NCBI GenBank assembly: GCA_029865985.1
Contig: JARXAF010000070.1
Coordinates: 1 to 57,374 of the forward strand
From: Verrucomicrobiota bacterium
GTDB taxonomy: Bacteria; Verrucomicrobiota; Verrucomicrobiia; Limisphaerales; UBA9464
Direction of reading: 5' to 3'
Length of the DNA stretch: 57,374 nucleotides
Each line of letters opens with the position of its first letter. The stretch's first letter is position 1. The position numbers were made by a program, and so were the translations under genes. This document shows, piece after piece, positions 8,791 to 18,021 of the stretch. The notes under the pieces are model-generated. The model searched no databases, was not told where the DNA came from, and was given only the letters and a program-made list of their open reading frames with translations.

Positions 8791-9969
8791 ATGCAACTGA
8801 CCGACGGGCTGCATCTGGCCTATTGCACCAACATCCACCGGGGAGAGGATTGGGCGGAAACCTTCGCCGGTCTGGAGCGGCACACCCGGGCGGTTCAGGC
8901 ACGCGTCTCATCGGGCCGACCCTATGCCATCGGCCTGCGACTGAGCGATCGGGCTTCGCGCGAGCTCATTGAACCCGGCACCTTCAGTGCCTTTCAGGAA
9001 TGGTTGAAACGCCACAACGCCTATGTGTTCACCATCAACGGGTTTCCTTACGGTCAGTTCCATGGTCAACGGGTGAAGGAACAGGTGTATGCCCCGGACT
9101 GGTCTCAGCCGGAGCGACTCGAATACACCCAGAGGCTTTTCCGTATTCTGGCTCAACTTTTGCCACCGGGAGTGGCCGGCAGCGTCAGCACCGTTCCCGT
9201 CTCCTACAAGGCCTTCCAACGATCACAGGACGAACAGAAACGCGCCCTGCTCCAACTTTGGGACTGCGTGGATTTCCTCGATGAGCTGTCCCAACAAACC
9301 GGCCACGACCTGCATTTGGGACTGGAACCCGAACCCTTGTGCACCCTCGAGAACACCGAGGAATGCGTCACCTATTTCAACCAACTCCGCGACATCCGCC
9401 CGGATGACCGGCGCATCGATCGGCATTTGGGGGTGAACTACGACTGCTGCCATCTGGCCATCGAGTACGAATCCCCGGCTGAAGCCTTGGCTCGCCTGCA
9501 ATCGGCGGGCATCCGTTTGAGCAAGATCCACTTGAGCAATGCCCTCAGTGTGAGCCCGACGCCAGAAATCCGCCAATCGCTGCAAGCCTTCGCCGAAGAC
9601 ATTTATTTCCACCAGGTCATCGAGCGGCAGACCAACGGATCCCTGGTCCGCTATGCCGACCTCCACGATGCGCTGGCGACTCCGATTCCGGCTCCGGGCG
9701 TCCCCTTGCCGGAGTGGCGCATCCATTTCCATATCCCTTTGCACTCCGAACCCCGGGGTGGATTCAACACCACGGCCGACCACCTCATCGGAGTCCTCGA
9801 TGCCGTCCAAGCCCGACCCGGGCTTTGCCAGCATTTCGAGATGGAGACCTACACCTGGGAAGTCATGCCTGCGGCCATGAAGCAGCGTGATGTGGTGGAT
9901 CAACTGGTGAACGAATACGCATGGACCTTGGCCCGGTTCGCTGAACGCGGATTTCGGCCTGTGAGCTGA
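8791..9969 (+). CDS. eboE: Metabolite traffic protein EboE (xylose-isomerase-like TIM barrel)
   Basis: LAYCTNIH; TINGFPYGQFH..VKEQVYAPDW; LGLEPEP; DCCHLAIEYE; WRIHFHIP; EMETYTW. Confidence 0.88.
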   Translation: MQLTDGLHLAYCTNIHRGEDWAETFAGLERHTRAVQARVSSGRPYAIGLRLSDRASRELIEPGTFSAFQEWLKRHNAYVFTINGFPYGQFHGQRVKEQVYAPDWSQPERLEYTQRLFRILAQLLPPGVAGSVSTVPVSYKAFQRSQDEQKRALLQLWDCVDFLDELSQQTGHDLHLGLEPEPLCTLENTEECVTYFNQLRDIRPDDRRIDRHLGVNYDCCHLAIEYESPAEALARLQSAGIRLSKIHLSNALSVSPTPEIRQSLQAFAEDIYFHQVIERQTNGSLVRYADLHDALATPIPAPGVPLPEWRIHFHIPLHSEPRGGFNTTADHLIGVLDAVQARPGLCQHFEMETYTWEVMPAAMKQRDVVDQLVNEYAWTLARFAERGFRPVS

Positions 9970-10031
9970 TACGGCCCCGAGCTACACCCCGGCACTCGTT
10001 CCAGCGGGGCGACGGATTAGGGTCCGCGGTC

Positions 10032-11513
10032 TCAATGACCCACCATGCGGTTCAGGATCGCCGCCTGCTGAAATTCTGATCGCTGGAATTCACCAACAAT
10101 CCGACCGCCCCGCATCACCAGCAGTCGGCGACTCAATTTCATGACCTCGGGCAATTCGCTGGAGATCAGGAGGATGGCCATGCCCTCACAGGCCAATTGA
10201 TCGAGCAAGCGGTGGATCTCAGCCTTGGCCCCGACATCCACGCCCCGGGTCGGTTCATCCACCACCAGCACCCGGCACTCGCGGGCCAACCACTTGGCCA
10301 AGGCGATCTTCTGCTGGTTTCCGCCACTCAGGCCTGCAATGCCGGACTCAATAGAGGGAGCCTTCACCCGCAACTGGCGGACCAATGCCTCCATCTGATC
10401 TCGCTCCCGTCGACGGTCCATCCACCCCCACCGCGACCAGCGCTGAAGGACGGCCAGCGCACCATTTTCACGGCAATTCAATCCCAGAACCAACCCCTGT
10501 CGTTTGCGATCCTCCGGCAATAATCCGACACCGGCTTCCATGGCAGCCACCACATCACCGGGGGGCAACGGATGACCGGCGACCGACACCGTTCCGGTAC
10601 GTTCCGGATCCAAACCGAAGAGGGCCTGAGCCAATTCGCTGCGACCGGCTCCGACCAAACCGGCCAATCCGAGAATTTCTCCGCACCGCAGGGTGAGGCT
10701 CACCTCTTGGAGGCGCTGGCCCGATGAGAGTCCTTCCACCTGAAGGGCCACATCGCCCAGAGGTTTGGCCAAGTGGTCGGGTTCGTGGTGCTCCACCGAC
10801 CGACCCACCATTTGCTGCACCAACCGGTCCTGATGGGAATCCGCCGCGGGTTCGGTCGCCACATGCCGCCCGTCCCGAAGCACGGTGATGGTATCGCAGA
10901 GGCGAAAGATTTCCTCCATGCGATGGGACACATACACCACGGTGAATCCGCGCCGTTTCAGGTCGGCCAACAGCTCGAATAAGCGCTCGCTCTCGACCGC
11001 AGACAAGGAACTGGTGGGTTCGTCAAAAACAAGAATCCGGGCACCGGTGCCCAGGGCGGCAGCAATTTGGAGGAGTTGCTCCTGTCCGGTGGTCAATTCT
11101 CCGACGAGGCGATCCACATCTTCGTCGAAACCCACGTCTGCCAGCAAACGGCGAGCCTTTTCGCGCAGGGCATCGCGATCCACCCACCCCCGCCGATGAG
11201 GCCAACTGCCCAGACACAAATTCTCGGCGATGGTGAGTTCCGGGCAGAAAGCCAGTTCCTGATGAACCATGGCGATTCCCAAAGCCCGCGCTTCGGCGGG
11301 GTTTTGCGGGGCGATCTGTTCCCCGCGCAAATGAATCGCGCCGCCATCGGCCACATCGATTCCCGCGAGAATCTTGCCCAACGTGCTCTTGCCAGCCCCG
11401 TTCTCGCCCATGAGCGCGTGGCAACTCCCCTCCGCCACGGAAAAGGAGACTTCCGACAAGGCCTGCACCCCGGGATAAGCCTTGGAGATCTGGTGGAACG
11501 ACAAGAACGCCAT
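10032..11513 (-). CDS. Sugar ABC transporter ATP-binding protein (RbsA/MglA type, two NBDs)
   Basis: GENGAGKST Walker A; FDEPTSSL; YVSHRMEE; PEDRK; LSGGNQQK; DEPTRGVDVGAK. Confidence 0.93.
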   Translation of the reverse strand: MAFLSFHQISKAYPGVQALSEVSFSVAEGSCHALMGENGAGKSTLGKILAGIDVADGGAIHLRGEQIAPQNPAEARALGIAMVHQELAFCPELTIAENLCLGSWPHRRGWVDRDALREKARRLLADVGFDEDVDRLVGELTTGQEQLLQIAAALGTGARILVFDEPTSSLSAVESERLFELLADLKRRGFTVVYVSHRMEEIFRLCDTITVLRDGRHVATEPAADSHQDRLVQQMVGRSVEHHEPDHLAKPLGDVALQVEGLSSGQRLQEVSLTLRCGEILGLAGLVGAGRSELAQALFGLDPERTGTVSVAGHPLPPGDVVAAMEAGVGLLPEDRKRQGLVLGLNCRENGALAVLQRWSRWGWMDRRRERDQMEALVRQLRVKAPSIESGIAGLSGGNQQKIALAKWLARECRVLVVDEPTRGVDVGAKAEIHRLLDQLACEGMAILLISSELPEVMKLSRRLLVMRGGRIVGEFQRSEFQQAAILNRMVGH

Positions 11514-11533
11514 GGCTCGGCCCGAGGGGAGGA

Positions 11534-12793
11534 CTACCTCAGAGGATCACTGGTGGTCAGTGCTGACTGGAGATCACCGGTCAACTCACACCGGCTGATC
11601 AGGTGCCGGGTGCGGTAGACAACCTTCCCCGCCTCGTCGCGTAGGACCCAATGCGTGTAGCGGGCGCCAAGTTCCAAAGCACGCTTGAGCTGCTTATCAC
11701 CCTTGGCGGGCGTCAGGCTGTACTCGACCAAGCGCCCTCCTTGTCGCAGTTCTTGGACCAGAGCCAAGGATTCCGCTCGCAGGGTTTCATCCTCGATGAT
11801 CACCACACAGTCCAACCCGGCATTGAAGGTGGGTAGCTTGCCTCGGCTCTTGAGCAGTTCCAGCAAGACGACATCGCCCATGCCGAACCCCAGCGCAGGA
11901 AGGTCGACCTTGCCTTGGCTCAGCAACTTGACCAACTGGTCGTACCGTCCACCGCCGGCAATGGCACGAAACTCGCCCTTGCGATCAAAGGCTTCGAAGA
12001 CCACCCCTGTGTAGTAGGCCAAACCACGGATCACGTTGTAGTCGATGGCGACGTAATCGCGCAGACCCCGTGCAGCCAAATTGTCGAGCACCGCCTGCAA
12101 TTCCGGCGTGGGCTCTCCGGCCTCGATGAACTTCCGGACATCGGCCACATCGATGGACAACGCCAAGAGCTTCTCAGCGGTGATCTCTGGCTTTTCGCGT
12201 TCGATCTTGTCGATCACCTGATAAAACTCATAGGCGCGGGCGGGATCGCCGTTGCGCGATTCGTAGAACCGCTGCCACGCCTGACGACTGCTGAGTCGGA
12301 CCACGAAATCCTGCTGATCCAAACCCAGCCGACGCAGCACATCGATGAGCAGCGCGATGATCTCGGCATCGGCGGCCACATGGGACTCACCGAAAATATC
12401 GCAGTTCAACTGGAAGTGCTCCCGGAGCCGGCCGCGCTGCTGCTTCTCGTAGCGGAAGAGTTGCGGCATCGAGAACCACTTGATGGGTTTTTTGTAAGCC
12501 CGCTCGGACGCGGCGATCATGCGGGCCACTGTCGGCGTCATCTCAGGACGCATCGACACCGAACGATCTCCCTTGTCCACGAAGTTGAACAACTGCCCCA
12601 CGATCTCGGCCCCGGATTTGGCCGTGTAGAGTTCGAGTGGCTCCAACGGGGGGCCATCGTACTCTCGGAACCCGTAACAGCGGGCTGTTTGCCGCCAAGC
12701 ATTGAACAGGTGGTTGCGTGCATCGCAGGACCAAGCGTCCTTCAGAGGCAGCGGCTCAGGGTAGAATTCGCGGAAACCGGGGAGGCATTCCAT
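11534..12793 (-). CDS. hisS: Histidine--tRNA ligase
   Basis: LPGFREFYPE; MRPEMTP; FRYEKQQRGRLREHFQ; RGLAYYTG; GGGRYD; GFGMG. Start ATG 12793. Confidence 0.95.
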   Translation of the reverse strand: MECLPGFREFYPEPLPLKDAWSCDARNHLFNAWRQTARCYGFREYDGPPLEPLELYTAKSGAEIVGQLFNFVDKGDRSVSMRPEMTPTVARMIAASERAYKKPIKWFSMPQLFRYEKQQRGRLREHFQLNCDIFGESHVAADAEIIALLIDVLRRLGLDQQDFVVRLSSRQAWQRFYESRNGDPARAYEFYQVIDKIEREKPEITAEKLLALSIDVADVRKFIEAGEPTPELQAVLDNLAARGLRDYVAIDYNVIRGLAYYTGVVFEAFDRKGEFRAIAGGGRYDQLVKLLSQGKVDLPALGFGMGDVVLLELLKSRGKLPTFNAGLDCVVIIEDETLRAESLALVQELRQGGRLVEYSLTPAKGDKQLKRALELGARYTHWVLRDEAGKVVYRTRHLISRCELTGDLQSALTTSDPLR

Positions 12794-12980
12794 GTGTCGG
12801 GAAATGAAACCGCAGGGACACCGCGGGGGCAAGGCACCGATTGAGCCTGGGGCTCCGGCCACTATCCGGCCACTCCAGCCGAATCCTGAGTACCTCCAAA
12901 GATTCCTCAAGCCCAGCCGACCCACCGGCGAAATGTCCCGCAGGACTTCCCCTCCTTTTCCCAGGATCATGGGCTTGGGC

Positions 12981-13010
12981 TTGACCACTCCGCCGGATTC
13001 AGGCCACTTT
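12981..13010 (+). promoter_or_regulatory. Possible sigma-70 promoter for the ilvB leader
   Basis: TTGACC (12981-12986), 18-nt spacer, weak -10 CACTTT (13005-13010). Confidence 0.3.
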
Positions 13011-13021
13011 ATCCAATCGTC

Positions 13022-13099
13022 ATGAGCGCGAAACGGAATCGAGTACCTGTATCGGTAGGTGGCCCCAAGGCCGCCGATGGGACTTGTCGTAACGCTTGA
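13022..13099 (+). CDS. Putative ilvB attenuator leader peptide (25 aa, [25 protein letters not shown])
   Basis: Short ORF with three alternating Val codons, all GTA, ending just before a terminator upstream of ilvB. Confidence 0.65.
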   Translation: MSAKRNRVPVSVGGPKAADGTCRNA

Positions 13100-13146
13100 C
13101 GCAGCTTTCACAAGAACCCACGGCCGGCGACGGTCGTGGGTTTTTT
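13073..13146 (+). promoter_or_regulatory. Transcription attenuator (mutually exclusive antiterminator and terminator) upstream of ilvB
   Basis: Terminator AACCCACGGCCG-GCGA-CGGTCGTGGGTT-TTTT (13115-13146). GCCGATGGGACTTGT (13073-13087) can instead pair with ACAAGAACCCACGGC (13110-13124). Confidence 0.75.
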
Positions 13147-13197
13147 GTTCCAAACAGGGAAATCCACGACCACCGGCCAGGAAACAGCACACAACAC

Positions 13198-15069
13198 ATG
13201 AGCACGGCCACCCCGACACAGAACAACCAGACCACCAGCAACAAGGACATCGGCCCCCTGATGTTCGGGCGCGACATCTTTGTCGAGGCGCTGGAGCGCG
13301 AGGGCTGCGAAGTCATCTTCGCTTATCCCGGCGGCGCGAGCATGGAAATCCATCAGTCGCTGACCAAGTCGAAGATCCGCACCATTCTTCCCCGTCATGA
13401 GCAGGGCGGCAGCTTCGCCGCCGAGGGTTACGCCCGCGCCACCGGCAAGGCCGGCGTGTGCATGGCGACCAGCGGCCCCGGCGCGACCAACCTGGTCACG
13501 GCCATCGCCGACGCTTACGTCGATTCCTGCCCCCTGATTGCCATCACGGGCCAGGTCGCCCAGTCGATGATCGGTCGCGGCGCCTTCCAGGAGACAGACA
13601 TGATTGGCGTGACGCTGCCGATCGTGAAGCACTCCTACCTGATCACGGATATCAATGATATCCCGCGGATCGTGAAGGAGGCTTTCTACATCGCTCAGAG
13701 CGGCCGGCCAGGCCCCGTGGTCCTCGACTTCCCCAAGAATGTTCAGCAGCAAAAGGCACGGCCCGTTTGGCCCACCCTCGACGAGGTCAAGGCCCGCCTG
13801 CGCGGCTACACCGATCGGGTGACCGCCGACGAACTGGCCCTGAATGAGATCATCGGACTCATCGAGAAATCTGAGCGCCCGGTGATTTACAGCGGCGGCG
13901 GAATTATCACGGCCGGCGCCTCGGCCGAGTTGTTGGAATTTGCTGAATCCGCCCAGATCCCCCTGACCACCACGCTGATGGGCATCGGTGGATTCCCTGA
14001 AGAGCACCCGTTGTCCCTGCGCTGGTTGGGCATGCACGGAGCGGCCTTCGCCAACTGGGCGGTCAATGGCGAGTACGCACGGCGCAACGATCCGTCCGAG
14101 CCCATGGTGAAACTGCATGACGGTTGCGACCTGTTGCTCGCCTTCGGTGTCCGCTTCGATGACCGCGTCACCGGTGCTTTCAGCGAGTTCGCCAAGGGGG
14201 CTACCATTGTCCATCTCGACATCGACCCCTCCGAACACCACAAGAACAAGCGCGCCAATCTGGCCATCCATGGTGATCTGAAGGACGCCCTGCACCGCCT
14301 CAATGCACTGATCACCCAGCGCAAGGGCATCAAGAAGACCTTCCCGACCTGGCACAACCAGATCTCCGAGTGGAAGGCCAAGGCCCCCTTCCGCTACACG
14401 AGCGAGGGTCAGATCGTCGATTCGGCCCACATCAAGCCGTTCCACAAGGAAGGCGAGGAATACATCCTGCCCCAGATGGTCATCGAGGAACTGTGGCGTC
14501 TCACGAAGGGCGAAGCGATCATCACCACCGGCGTCGGCCAGCACCAGATGTGGGCCGGACAATGGTACAAGTACAAGTTTGCCCGCCAGTTCATCACCAG
14601 CGCCGGTCTGGGATCCATGGGTTACGGTTACCCGGCCGCCTTGGGAGCCAAGGTGGCTCGTCCCGATAAGCAAGTCGTCGACATCGATGGTGACGGATCC
14701 TTCCTGATGAACATCCAGGAACTGGCCACCGCCCATGTCGAGAAAATCGCCGCCAAGGCCATCGTGCTGAACAACCAGCACCTGGGGATGGTGGTGCAAT
14801 GGGAAGACAACTTCTTCGACGGGAACCGCGGCCACACCTATCTGGGCAACCCGGACAATCGGTCGGGCATCTACCCTGATTACGTCAAGGTGTGCACCAG
14901 CTTCGGTGTCCCTTGCGAACGCGTGGTGTACCGCAAGGATTTGCGCGCGGCCTTGGAGCGGATGCTGGCCGCCGAGACCCCCTACGTGCTGGACGTCATC
15001 ACGCCCTACACCGAGCACGTGCTGCCGTTCATTCCGGCCGGACGCACCGTCGCCGACATGCGCTGGTAA
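13198..15069 (+). CDS. ilvB: Acetolactate synthase large subunit, biosynthetic type
   Basis: IFAYPGGAS; RHEQGG; TSGPGATN; TGVGQHQMW; GLGSMGYG; ThDP motif [17 protein letters not shown]. Start ATG 13198. Confidence 0.95.
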   Translation: MSTATPTQNNQTTSNKDIGPLMFGRDIFVEALEREGCEVIFAYPGGASMEIHQSLTKSKIRTILPRHEQGGSFAAEGYARATGKAGVCMATSGPGATNLVTAIADAYVDSCPLIAITGQVAQSMIGRGAFQETDMIGVTLPIVKHSYLITDINDIPRIVKEAFYIAQSGRPGPVVLDFPKNVQQQKARPVWPTLDEVKARLRGYTDRVTADELALNEIIGLIEKSERPVIYSGGGIITAGASAELLEFAESAQIPLTTTLMGIGGFPEEHPLSLRWLGMHGAAFANWAVNGEYARRNDPSEPMVKLHDGCDLLLAFGVRFDDRVTGAFSEFAKGATIVHLDIDPSEHHKNKRANLAIHGDLKDALHRLNALITQRKGIKKTFPTWHNQISEWKAKAPFRYTSEGQIVDSAHIKPFHKEGEEYILPQMVIEELWRLTKGEAIITTGVGQHQMWAGQWYKYKFARQFITSAGLGSMGYGYPAALGAKVARPDKQVVDIDGDGSFLMNIQELATAHVEKIAAKAIVLNNQHLGMVVQWEDNFFDGNRGHTYLGNPDNRSGIYPDYVKVCTSFGVPCERVVYRKDLRAALERMLAAETPYVLDVITPYTEHVLPFIPAGRTVADMRW

Positions 15070-15087
15070 AGGCGCCGGTAAAGGCGC
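15061..15087. repeat. 12-bp tandem duplication spanning the ilvB stop codon
   Basis: CGCTGGTAAAGG CGCCGGTAAAGG CGC. Confidence 0.6.
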
Positions 15088-15108
15088 TTTTGCCTCTCTC
15101 AAACCCAT

Positions 15109-15148
15109 AAAAAAACCCGAAACCCTCACCGGTTTCGGGTTTTTTTTT
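15109..15148 (+). terminator. Rho-independent terminator after ilvB (bidirectional form)
   Basis: AAAAAAACCCGAAACC-CTCACC-GGTTTCGGGTTTTTTTTT. Confidence 0.9.
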
Positions 15149-15268
15149 GGGCATCACAGCCCCACCCCTGCGGTGCCCACCTGAAACACTCCCTTCCGAA
15201 ACAAAATTGCATTGAATTGTCTCTAGGCGCGCGACGTCAGGGGAGATTAGGATTTAGTTCTGAACTGC

Positions 15269-15814
15269 ATGAGACTCTCGTTCCAATCTACCGCACGTCG
15301 CGCCCGCAAGGCCGCAGGCTTCACGCTCATCGAAATCCTGTTGGTCATCGTGATCATCCTGCTCTTGGCCGGTGCCCTCGTCGTTTTCGTGTTACCGCAG
15401 CAGGAAGGTGCCGAAAAAAACACCACCCGATTGCTGCTCAACAACATCTCGAGCGCCCTCGACACCTACCGATTGAACCTCGGTCACTATCCGACCGAGC
15501 AGGAAGGCGGCCTAAACGCCTTGCTGACCAAGCCCACGTTTGAAAACGAGCGCCAGGGTGAAAAGTGGCAAGGCCCGTACCTGAAGCCGGGCACCCGCTT
15601 GGATGATCCCTGGGGATTCCCGCTCCGCTACGAAGTGGTGGATCGTTCCCAGGCATCGGATGGCGCCAAGTCCGCACTGCCCTACAAGCTCTTCTCAGTC
15701 GGGCCGGACGGCCAACCGGATAACGACGACGACATCAAGATGGCCACCGAATCCGACACGTCGGGTTCCGGCGGCGGCAATGCCGGTGGCAACACGGGCG
15801 GCGCTGCCAAATAA
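15269..15814 (+). CDS. gspG: Type II secretion major pseudopilin GspG
   Basis: G|FTLIE prepilin site; ALDTYRLNLGHYPT..GLNAL; WQGPYL; DPWG; SVGPDGQP..DDI. Confidence 0.93.
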   Translation: MRLSFQSTARRARKAAGFTLIEILLVIVIILLLAGALVVFVLPQQEGAEKNTTRLLLNNISSALDTYRLNLGHYPTEQEGGLNALLTKPTFENERQGEKWQGPYLKPGTRLDDPWGFPLRYEVVDRSQASDGAKSALPYKLFSVGPDGQPDNDDDIKMATESDTSGSGGGNAGGNTGGAAK

Positions 15815-15850
15815 AGGCGGCACAATATCGACGGCTACCTCATCCAATCG

Positions 15851-16744
15851 ATGACACCCACAACCCTCCAGGCCCGGTCTCGCCGCGGCGGCTTCACCTT
15901 GGTGGAGCTGCTCTTGGCCGTGACCTTGCTCGGAGGGTTGATGGCCGCCGCGATCTTCGGGTTCTCCAGTCTGCAGCGGAGCGCCCAACTCAATGAGGGA
16001 GTGGAACGAGTGGAAACGGCCATGCGATTTGCCCGGGCCCACGCCGCCAATACCGGTCGCAAGGTCCAGGTGGTGGTGACCACCACCGAAGCATCTTCAC
16101 CCTCCGCCGATAGTTCCCCTTCGACTCCAGCCGGCAATCCGAGCGACTCCAATCAATCCCTGAGCATCCTCTGGGAAGCCGATCCAGCCCGCGCACCGGG
16201 CGTCTTCGAAGCCATTCCTTCGTTGTCGGGCGACGTGGCGGATGTATCCGAATTGGTGGAGATCCGATCCGTGGGTCGGGAATCCAAGGAGGCCAAGGAT
16301 TCCAGCCCGACCGATGTTTCCACGACCATCGACAGTGCTCCGCTCGCATCGCCGACTGAAACCGTGTCCACTTCGACACCTCGTGAATCTGAGTCAGAAA
16401 CACCGTCAGATTCCTCCGCTCGATCGGGTCTCGAGACCAATCCCAGCGAGGCCACCATCACGTTTTATCCGGACGGTTCCTGCGATGGGGCCACGATCGT
16501 TCTGGCGTCCAAGGACAGCGATGATGCGCGAGAAGTGGCGGTGCTTCTCGAAAGCGTCACCGGCACCACACGTCGGCGTTGGCGCGAGTCCGCGAACTTT
16601 GGCGGAACCGAAACCACTTCACCCCAGGGTTCAGCGTCGGTGGGTTCATCCCTGAACGATCCGAACGCAACGGATTCCCGCTCCACCTCACCCTCCTTGG
16701 CCCGCACAGCCACTTCACCGGCGACGGCCAAAGCCCGACGCTGA
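15851..16744 (+). CDS. Minor pseudopilin, GspH/FimT-like
   Basis: G|FTLVE; MRFARAHA; ITFYPDGS motif; position directly after gspG; Ser/Thr/Pro-rich insertions. Confidence 0.8.
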   Translation: MTPTTLQARSRRGGFTLVELLLAVTLLGGLMAAAIFGFSSLQRSAQLNEGVERVETAMRFARAHAANTGRKVQVVVTTTEASSPSADSSPSTPAGNPSDSNQSLSILWEADPARAPGVFEAIPSLSGDVADVSELVEIRSVGRESKEAKDSSPTDVSTTIDSAPLASPTETVSTSTPRESESETPSDSSARSGLETNPSEATITFYPDGSCDGATIVLASKDSDDAREVAVLLESVTGTTRRRWRESANFGGTETTSPQGSASVGSSLNDPNATDSRSTSPSLARTATSPATAKARR

Positions 16745-16789
16745 GCTGTCGTTCTGCGGCGGCATCGCTCCGTCTCCCTGCCTCTTGCG

Positions 16790-17224
16790 ATGCTGAACCG
16801 GCTCCCCATCCGTCCCAGACCGACACAGGGATCGGTACTCCTGGAAGTCGTCCTGGCATTGGTGCTCTTCGTCGCCGCGGCCACCGTCGTCAGCAGTGCT
16901 CTCCAATCCGCAATCGATGGCGAGGAACGCCTCCGGTTAGGCGTGCATGCCGACAACTTGGCCGCCTCGGTCGTGGCGGAACTGGAGACCGGACTCCGCT
17001 CCCCTTCTGCCTTGGGACCCAACCCCTTCCAAGCGCCCTTCACCAACTGGACCTGGCAAATTGTCCCACCCAACGGAGACACACCCGGTTCGCCGCACGA
17101 AATCATCATCCGTCATGCAGACCCGGAACTCGTACGACGACTGGCTCAAGTGATCCTCACCCCTTCGCGGTCCGTCACGGACGCGGAGGCAATCCCCGCG
17201 GAAGAAACCGTTCCCGCGCCATGA
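16790..17224 (+). CDS. Minor pseudopilin, GspI-like
   Basis: G|SVLLEVVLAL pilin-like N-terminus with E5; short length; WTWQI; position between H-like and J-like genes. Confidence 0.7.
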   Translation: MLNRLPIRPRPTQGSVLLEVVLALVLFVAAATVVSSALQSAIDGEERLRLGVHADNLAASVVAELETGLRSPSALGPNPFQAPFTNWTWQIVPPNGDTPGSPHEIIIRHADPELVRRLAQVILTPSRSVTDAEAIPAEETVPAP

Positions 17225-18021
17225 GGATCACCACCCATCCCCATCGCAACGCCCGCGGTTTCACCCTCATCGAGGTGGTCCTGGCCATCGTGATCGCTGT
17301 AGGACTCCTGACGGGTGTTCTCGTTTTCTACCGGCAGGCCGCAATCGTTCGTGAAGAAATCCTCCGCAAGGCCGATGCCTTGTCCGCGGTGCGCTTGGTG
17401 ATGGATCGAATCAGCACCGAACTCCGCACCGTCCCTCCCAATACCGCAGGCGTCGCCATCCTTTCCGGGGATTCCCGGTCCCTGCGGATTCTGCACACCT
17501 CGGTGCCGTCGAAGACCCCGTGGCGCGGCGGCAATTTGGGGCGATCCAGTATTGCCGAGGCCGACTGGGTGGAAGTGGCCTACCGATGGTCCTCCGATAC
17601 CAACCAACCCGGGCTGTTCCGTCAGGAGCGGGCCCACACCACCAGCGCTCCGGTATCCACCAATTTGCTCACCGAAGTGGAACCCATCACCGGAAGCGGG
17701 ACCAATTCGATCGTCCCCTCGGGCGGCACTCCCCTGTCTGAATCCATCGCCTATCTCCGATTTCGATATTGGGATGGCTCCCGCTGGCAAAACGCTTGGG
17801 AAAAGCCCGAGCCGCCGACGGCCGTCGAAGTTTCGCTGGGACTGGATCCCATGGAAGAAGACGCCCTCAGTGACTCCACCGGCACTGAAGAACCGGCACC
17901 CTACCCCTACGAAGTCTTCCGCAGAATCATCGCTCTTCCGGCTGCGCTGGGAACCGCGACCGCGCCGTCCGATCCCAATCTCACCGACGACACTCTGACC
18001 AACGAGGTGCCGACGCCATGA
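17221..18021 (+). CDS. Minor pseudopilin, GspJ-like
   Basis: G|FTLIE; MDRISTELR; LRFRYWDGSRWQNAW..PTAVEVSL GspJ-type C-terminus; ATGA overlap with the previous gene. Confidence 0.82.
   Translation: MRITTHPHRNARGFTLIEVVLAIVIAVGLLTGVLVFYRQAAIVREEILRKADALSAVRLVMDRISTELRTVPPNTAGVAILSGDSRSLRILHTSVPSKTPWRGGNLGRSSIAEADWVEVAYRWSSDTNQPGLFRQERAHTTSAPVSTNLLTEVEPITGSGTNSIVPSGGTPLSESIAYLRFRYWDGSRWQNAWEKPEPPTAVEVSLGLDPMEEDALSDSTGTEEPAPYPYEVFRRIIALPAALGTATAPSDPNLTDDTLTNEVPTP

Noticed and set aside
13059-13400. Alternative leader ORF containing MGLVVTL (Leu/Val-rich)
   Set aside because: It reads through the terminator and into ilvB out of frame, which does not fit attenuator geometry; 13022-13099 fits better.
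13108-15129. 673-aa ORF antisense to ilvB
   Set aside because: Shadow ORF caused by GC-rich codon bias; no recognisable motifs, and the sense strand is clearly ilvB.
16579-17220. N-terminal extension of the 480-aa ORF, and similar extensions on hisS, fliP, ilvE and 43856-45325
   Set aside because: These overlap neighbouring genes or precede the conserved N-terminus; downstream starts were chosen.
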